Positions 59,330 to 64,000 of a stretch of DNA of 64,000 nt are shown piece by piece. How positions within the stretch are numbered: the stretch's first letter is position 1; each line of letters begins with the position of its first letter. The notes below the pieces were generated by a model that did no database searches, had not been told where the DNA came from, and saw nothing but the letters and a program-made list of their open reading frames with translations. The translations under genes and the position numbers were made by a program. Source of the stretch: Chrysomallon squamiferum (taxonomy: Eukaryota; Animalia; Mollusca); NCBI GenBank assembly GCA_012295275.1, contig CM022677.1, positions 27,528,001-27,592,000 of the forward strand, read 5' to 3'.

Positions 59330-59870
59330 GATAAAGAGAGAGAGAAGAAAGAAGCAATTAGAAAAAATCAAAAAGATTTTAGAAAATAAAATCAAAAAGA
59401 AGAAGAAAAAAAAGGACAAAAGAGAAGATTTAAAAAAAAAAGAAAAAGAAAAGATAACTCTGTTAAAAACCACGCCATGAGCAAACTTGACCTTACCCAC
59501 CCAGCGACAACCTGTAACTTTTCTTTCTGTTTGGTTAACACCACAAGTCAAACAGTGTAACATATCCTGTACAAAAAGACTTCACGAATGACCCCGTGAC
59601 CTCTCGAATTCCAGTACATCTGTGTGTCCGACACACTTACCATGCTAAGAGTACTCAGAGAGTAATTCAGAAACAAGAACGCCAGTGTTTGGAAAACGAT
59701 TAGTATTCCGCTGGGAAATGGAGGAATTTAAATAACACAGAACTGTCGTGATGGTGATTCATAAATGTCGGCGTTATTGCTGTCTTTTTTTTTTTTTTTT
59801 TTTTTTTTTTTTGACGTTTACATTTTTAGTTACGCCTGTTTGTGGTTCGTTGTGAATAATAATAATAATC

Positions 59871-59909
<39 letters not shown>

Positions 59910-60573
59910 GTAGTTGTAGTAGTAATAGTAGTAGTAGTACTTTTAATACTACAACTCCAAGTAATAATAATAATAATAATAATAATAATTATTATTATTA
60001 TTGTTGTTGTTGTTGTTGTAGTAATAGTAGCAACAGTAACAGCAGTTGTAGATGTACTAATAATACAAACAATAGTAACAGTGGTAATAGTAGTAGCCGA
60101 CATCGTTGTTGTAGCAGTAGTAATAGTAGTAATATAATTAGTAATAACAGTAACGGTAATAGTAGTAGTCATAGTAGTAGCAGTAACATCAGCAGTGGTA
60201 GTAGTAGTAGTAGCAGCAGTACAGGTGGTATCGGAAAGTAAATATTTAATAAGTAAATACTTACATACATTTATGAATAATGCCTATCAGTTATAATTTG
60301 TAATACTTACGAAGATAAATATATTCTCTTAAAAAGTAGAAACTGCGTCACTTACCCATAATTCCGAAAATAAAATAAACAACAACAACAGCAGCAGAAA
60401 TGATGGGTTAAAAAAAAAAAAAAAAAACTGAATTTGAAACAGATGTCGTATAAGAAAGAAAGCTAGCCTAATTACAAAGCTAATATAACGTCACTTTTAA
60501 GCGTTTATGACGTCACAATGCTTTTGACGTTTAACCCGATTGTTATAAAAGCGCAAGTACCTGAAACGTTTTA

Positions 60574-60605
<32 letters not shown>

Positions 60606-60754
60606 TAAAAGAACATTACATACAGATGTACACACACATATCTTTTTTCAGTATCCACAACAGTAATAACAATAATTAAAAAAATGATTTCGTTTTAAGC
60701 TGGTTGGAACGTGATAAATGTATTAATGTACGTTTTCATTTCTGTATTTTTCAG

Positions 60755-60934
60755 AATGCATTCTTTTGGCGCCTCCCGGCGACGACAACATCTACCTCAG
60801 CTCATACAACGTCAGCCACGGCGCGGTCGTTAACATAGGCTGTAAGAAATTCGGACATCGACTAATTGGTCCGAGCGTGGTCCAGTGTCTGGACAACGGA
60901 CAATGGAACGACACCGCAGAGTCGTACTGTAAAT
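60755..60934 (+). CDS. Sushi/CCP-domain exon of a single-pass membrane protein (SUSD3-like architecture)
   Basis: CILLAPPGDDNIYLSSYNVSHGAVVNIGCKKFGHRLIGPSVVQCLDNGQWNDTAESYCK has four Cys and the G..(C)..GxW sushi signature; cag acceptor, gtaagt donor, symmetric phase 1-1, 180 nt. Confidence 0.88.
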
Positions 60935-61033
60935 GTAAGTAAAAGTAACATGACGAAATGACGTCAGCATATGACGTCACGACACCTGTGACCTTTGAAC
61001 CGTCATAAATCGGTAGCGTCTTTGTTATTTATA

Positions 61034-61070
<37 letters not shown>

Positions 61071-61367
61071 AACCACATATATTGAAAAATAATAAATAAA
61101 TTGAAAAAAAGGAATTGAAAAAGATATGTCAATAGTAATAATAATAACAATAACAACAACAATAATATCAACAATAGTAATAGTAATAATAATAATAATA
61201 GCAGTAGTAGTAATAATAGTACTACTACTACTGCTGCTACTACTACTACTACTATTACTACTACTAATAGTAGTAGTAATAATAAAACTAATAATAATAA
61301 TAATAACAACAGTAATAATAATAACATCATCATCACTGCAATCATCATCATCGTCATCTTCCTGCAG

Positions 61368-61506
61368 GGACGTGGGAGCTGACGACACACGAGAAGGTCG
61401 TGCTGGGGACGTCTGTAGCTGGCGGCATCTTCATCATCGTCTGCCTCACCGCCATCATCATCGCTTACTGCTGCTGCTTCAAGAAAAGGAAACCCGACGA
61501 ATCAAA
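61368..61506 (+). CDS. Transmembrane exon of the sushi-domain protein
   Basis: Phase-1 join gives WTWELTTHEK-VVLGTSVAGGIFIIVCLTAIIIAY-CCCF-KKRKPDES: TM helix, Cys cluster, basic stop-transfer. Donor gtaatc; without splicing it reads AAG TAA. Confidence 0.85.
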
Positions 61507-62038
61507 GTAATCATTCTCGTCTGTCTTTTTTCGAATCAGTGGATGTGTGTGTGTGTGTGGGGGGGGGCGTATGCCACTGGTGGGTGGGTGCCTCTGTTTG
61601 GTTTGTAAGGGAAGTGTGTAAGATGTGTGTGTGGGGTATATAAGCTATTGGTGGTGGGTGTCTGTACGTTTGTATGGAAAGTTAGTGGTAGGTGGGTGTG
61701 TGGTGTGTTGTTAGACTGTGGATTGTGTGTGCATGGTAAATATACTGGGTACACCTGTGTATCGTGGTTATGGTTAGTATTCTCAGATATTGCTGTGTTT
61801 TGTTAGAATGTGAATGTGATAAACCGTGAGAATAATTGCAACACCTGCAACAACTTACCTGCAACAACAAAGCTTTTTTCTGGGTGTGTTTATCAGCGAT
61901 AACAGATGCAGCGTCTGTCTCTATTTCTCTCTCTGTCTCGCTCTTCTGCATGTCTCTCTGTCACTGTCTCTCTCTCTCGTCTCTCTCTCTCTCTCTCTCT
62001 GTCTCTGTCTCTCTCTCTGTCTGTCTCTCTCGTCTCTC

Positions 62039-62071
<33 letters not shown>

Positions 62072-62109
62072 GTCTCTCTGTCTGTCTGTCTGTCTCTCTC
62101 TGTCTGTCT

Positions 62110-62204
<95 letters not shown>

Positions 62205-62486
62205 AACTGTTTCTATTTTCGCTCTGTACGTATTGTCCTAGCCACGTTTCTGTCTCGTTTTTCTCTGTCTGTGTTAAAACCATTGTCATTCGATTTGTTT
62301 ACTTTCTTCAGACTCGCTGTCTTTTTATAATTTTCTTTTTTTTTGTTTGGTTAAATTTCTTTCTTACTTCTTCTTTGTATTTTATTTTATTTATTTACTA
62401 TTTATAAAATTTTTGTTATTTTTATTGAATTTAAACGAACTTAAACAGAATTATCCGGTCGACCATCTGTTTGTAAGTGTGTGTGT

Positions 62487-62579
<93 letters not shown>

Positions 62580-62654
62580 ATAAATATTTGAAATGTACAT
62601 CTTTCTTGGTCACTGTTTTTATTAATTTTTTTGTCGTTATCAATTCTGAAAGCT

Positions 62655-62687
<33 letters not shown>

Positions 62688-64000
62688 GCAAAAAAAACAG
62701 CAAAATAAAACAAAACAGAAAAAACCAAAACACATAAAACATCGAACTGACAATTTCTTTGTGTCTCTCTCTTTATTTTATTACTGATGTATATATACTT
62801 TTTAAAATTTTATTTCTGTGTTCGATTTTTTTTATTTCTATTCTCTTCTTTCCATTTTATTTATCTTTCGGATTTCATTCTGTCCGACCTTTCATTCTCA
62901 AGAAGTGAACCGATTCTAAAGCAAACACGAGGACACAAAGACAAATACTCGAAAAATCATTCGTCACAACTTCGAAACGCTTAACCTTTTTGTCAGTCGT
63001 TCCGAATTTTCGATTCTTGAGTCAGCGCTTCTCGAGTTATTTTCTCTGTGGAATTCCTTTCTGCTCGTGACAATCTGAGAACAAAGATTCCACTTTTTAA
63101 AAATAGAACTCTGTGTTTATTCCTGACTTGGGGTAGGATTTTCTCATTGAGAAATGAAAGAACGTTTAAAAAAAGAGAAAAAAAAAAAAAGAAAAGAAAA
63201 AAGAACACATACTAAAAACAGAAAAAATAAAATAAAATAAAAATAAAACAACGGCAACAAATTTAAAAATAAAACAAAGATTATTAATAATAATAGTAAT
63301 AAAATAAAATAAAGTAGATAAATAAGTAAGTAAGTAAATAAATGAATAAATAAATAAAAGAAAAAAGAAAAGAAAACTGCACTAATGAGAGGCAAGGTAT
63401 TGTTCATCTACTGAAACATAGGTTATAGATATTTCCACAGACATAAACATTTGTACATATATACATATTTATCACATATACTTTTATGCAAGCACGCACA
63501 AATTCGTTTATATACGTAAGTACAGATAGATAAAAAGAAAGACTGATAGACAGACAAATGGTGAAAGTGAGACAATTTCAGAGATATTGAAAACTAAATA
63601 CTTTTTTTTTTTTAATTTCCGTTTATATATGCTGTTTTTCACATTCAGTTATTTATTGATTTCTTTTTTCTTTTACGTATTTATTTATTTATTTCTTCTT
63701 TCACGTATTTATTTGCTTATTTCTTCTTTCATTCATGCGTTCACATATATTTTTATTTATTTATTTATTATTTATTTATATATATATTTATTTATTATTT
63801 ATGTATCTATTTATTTATGTATTTATGTATTTATTTATTTATGTATGTTTTTTTATGTATTTATTTATGTATTTATTTTGTTTATTTATTTATTTATTTA
63901 TTTATTTATGTATTTATTTATTTATTTACTTGTTTATTAATTTATCCATTTATTTATTTAATTATTGATTTATGTATTTATTTATTTGTTTATTTATTTA

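Noticed and set aside
59765-60241. 158-aa Asn/Ser-rich ORF starting MSALLLS as a signal-peptide exon of the sushi gene
   Set aside because: It is built from poly-T and (AAT)/(AGT) triplet repeats; hydrophobicity comes from the T homopolymer.

Overview
This is AT-rich, microsatellite-saturated metazoan (invertebrate, probably lophotrochozoan) genomic DNA, and almost all ORFs in the track are simple-repeat artefacts. Three spliced genes can be reconstructed by hand. (1) The 5' part of axonemal dynein heavy chain 6 (DNAH6) lies on the minus strand: 16 coding exons at 4194-18211, about 794 codons, continuing off the left edge, with an apparent 1-nt frameshift in exon 8. (2) A complete tropomodulin gene lies on the plus strand: 10 coding exons at 28213-37613, 355 aa, probably head-to-head with DNAH6. 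(3) Part of a single-sushi-domain transmembrane protein gene (SUSD3-like architecture) lies on the plus strand at 60755-61506, with candidate alternative first exons at about 40.76 kb and 55.3 kb. There are also a hAT-like MITE, an internally deleted Tc1/mariner element, another TIR element and many minisatellites. The main unexplained structure: five exon-intron junctions have been tandemly duplicated, creating arrays of decoy or alternative splice sites. One array grew into a 50-bp minisatellite, and one would exactly restore the DNAH6 frameshift. The CpG-retaining 39.5-61 kb domain also carries 11 perfect CRE palindromes plus an ERSE-II/UPRE composite.
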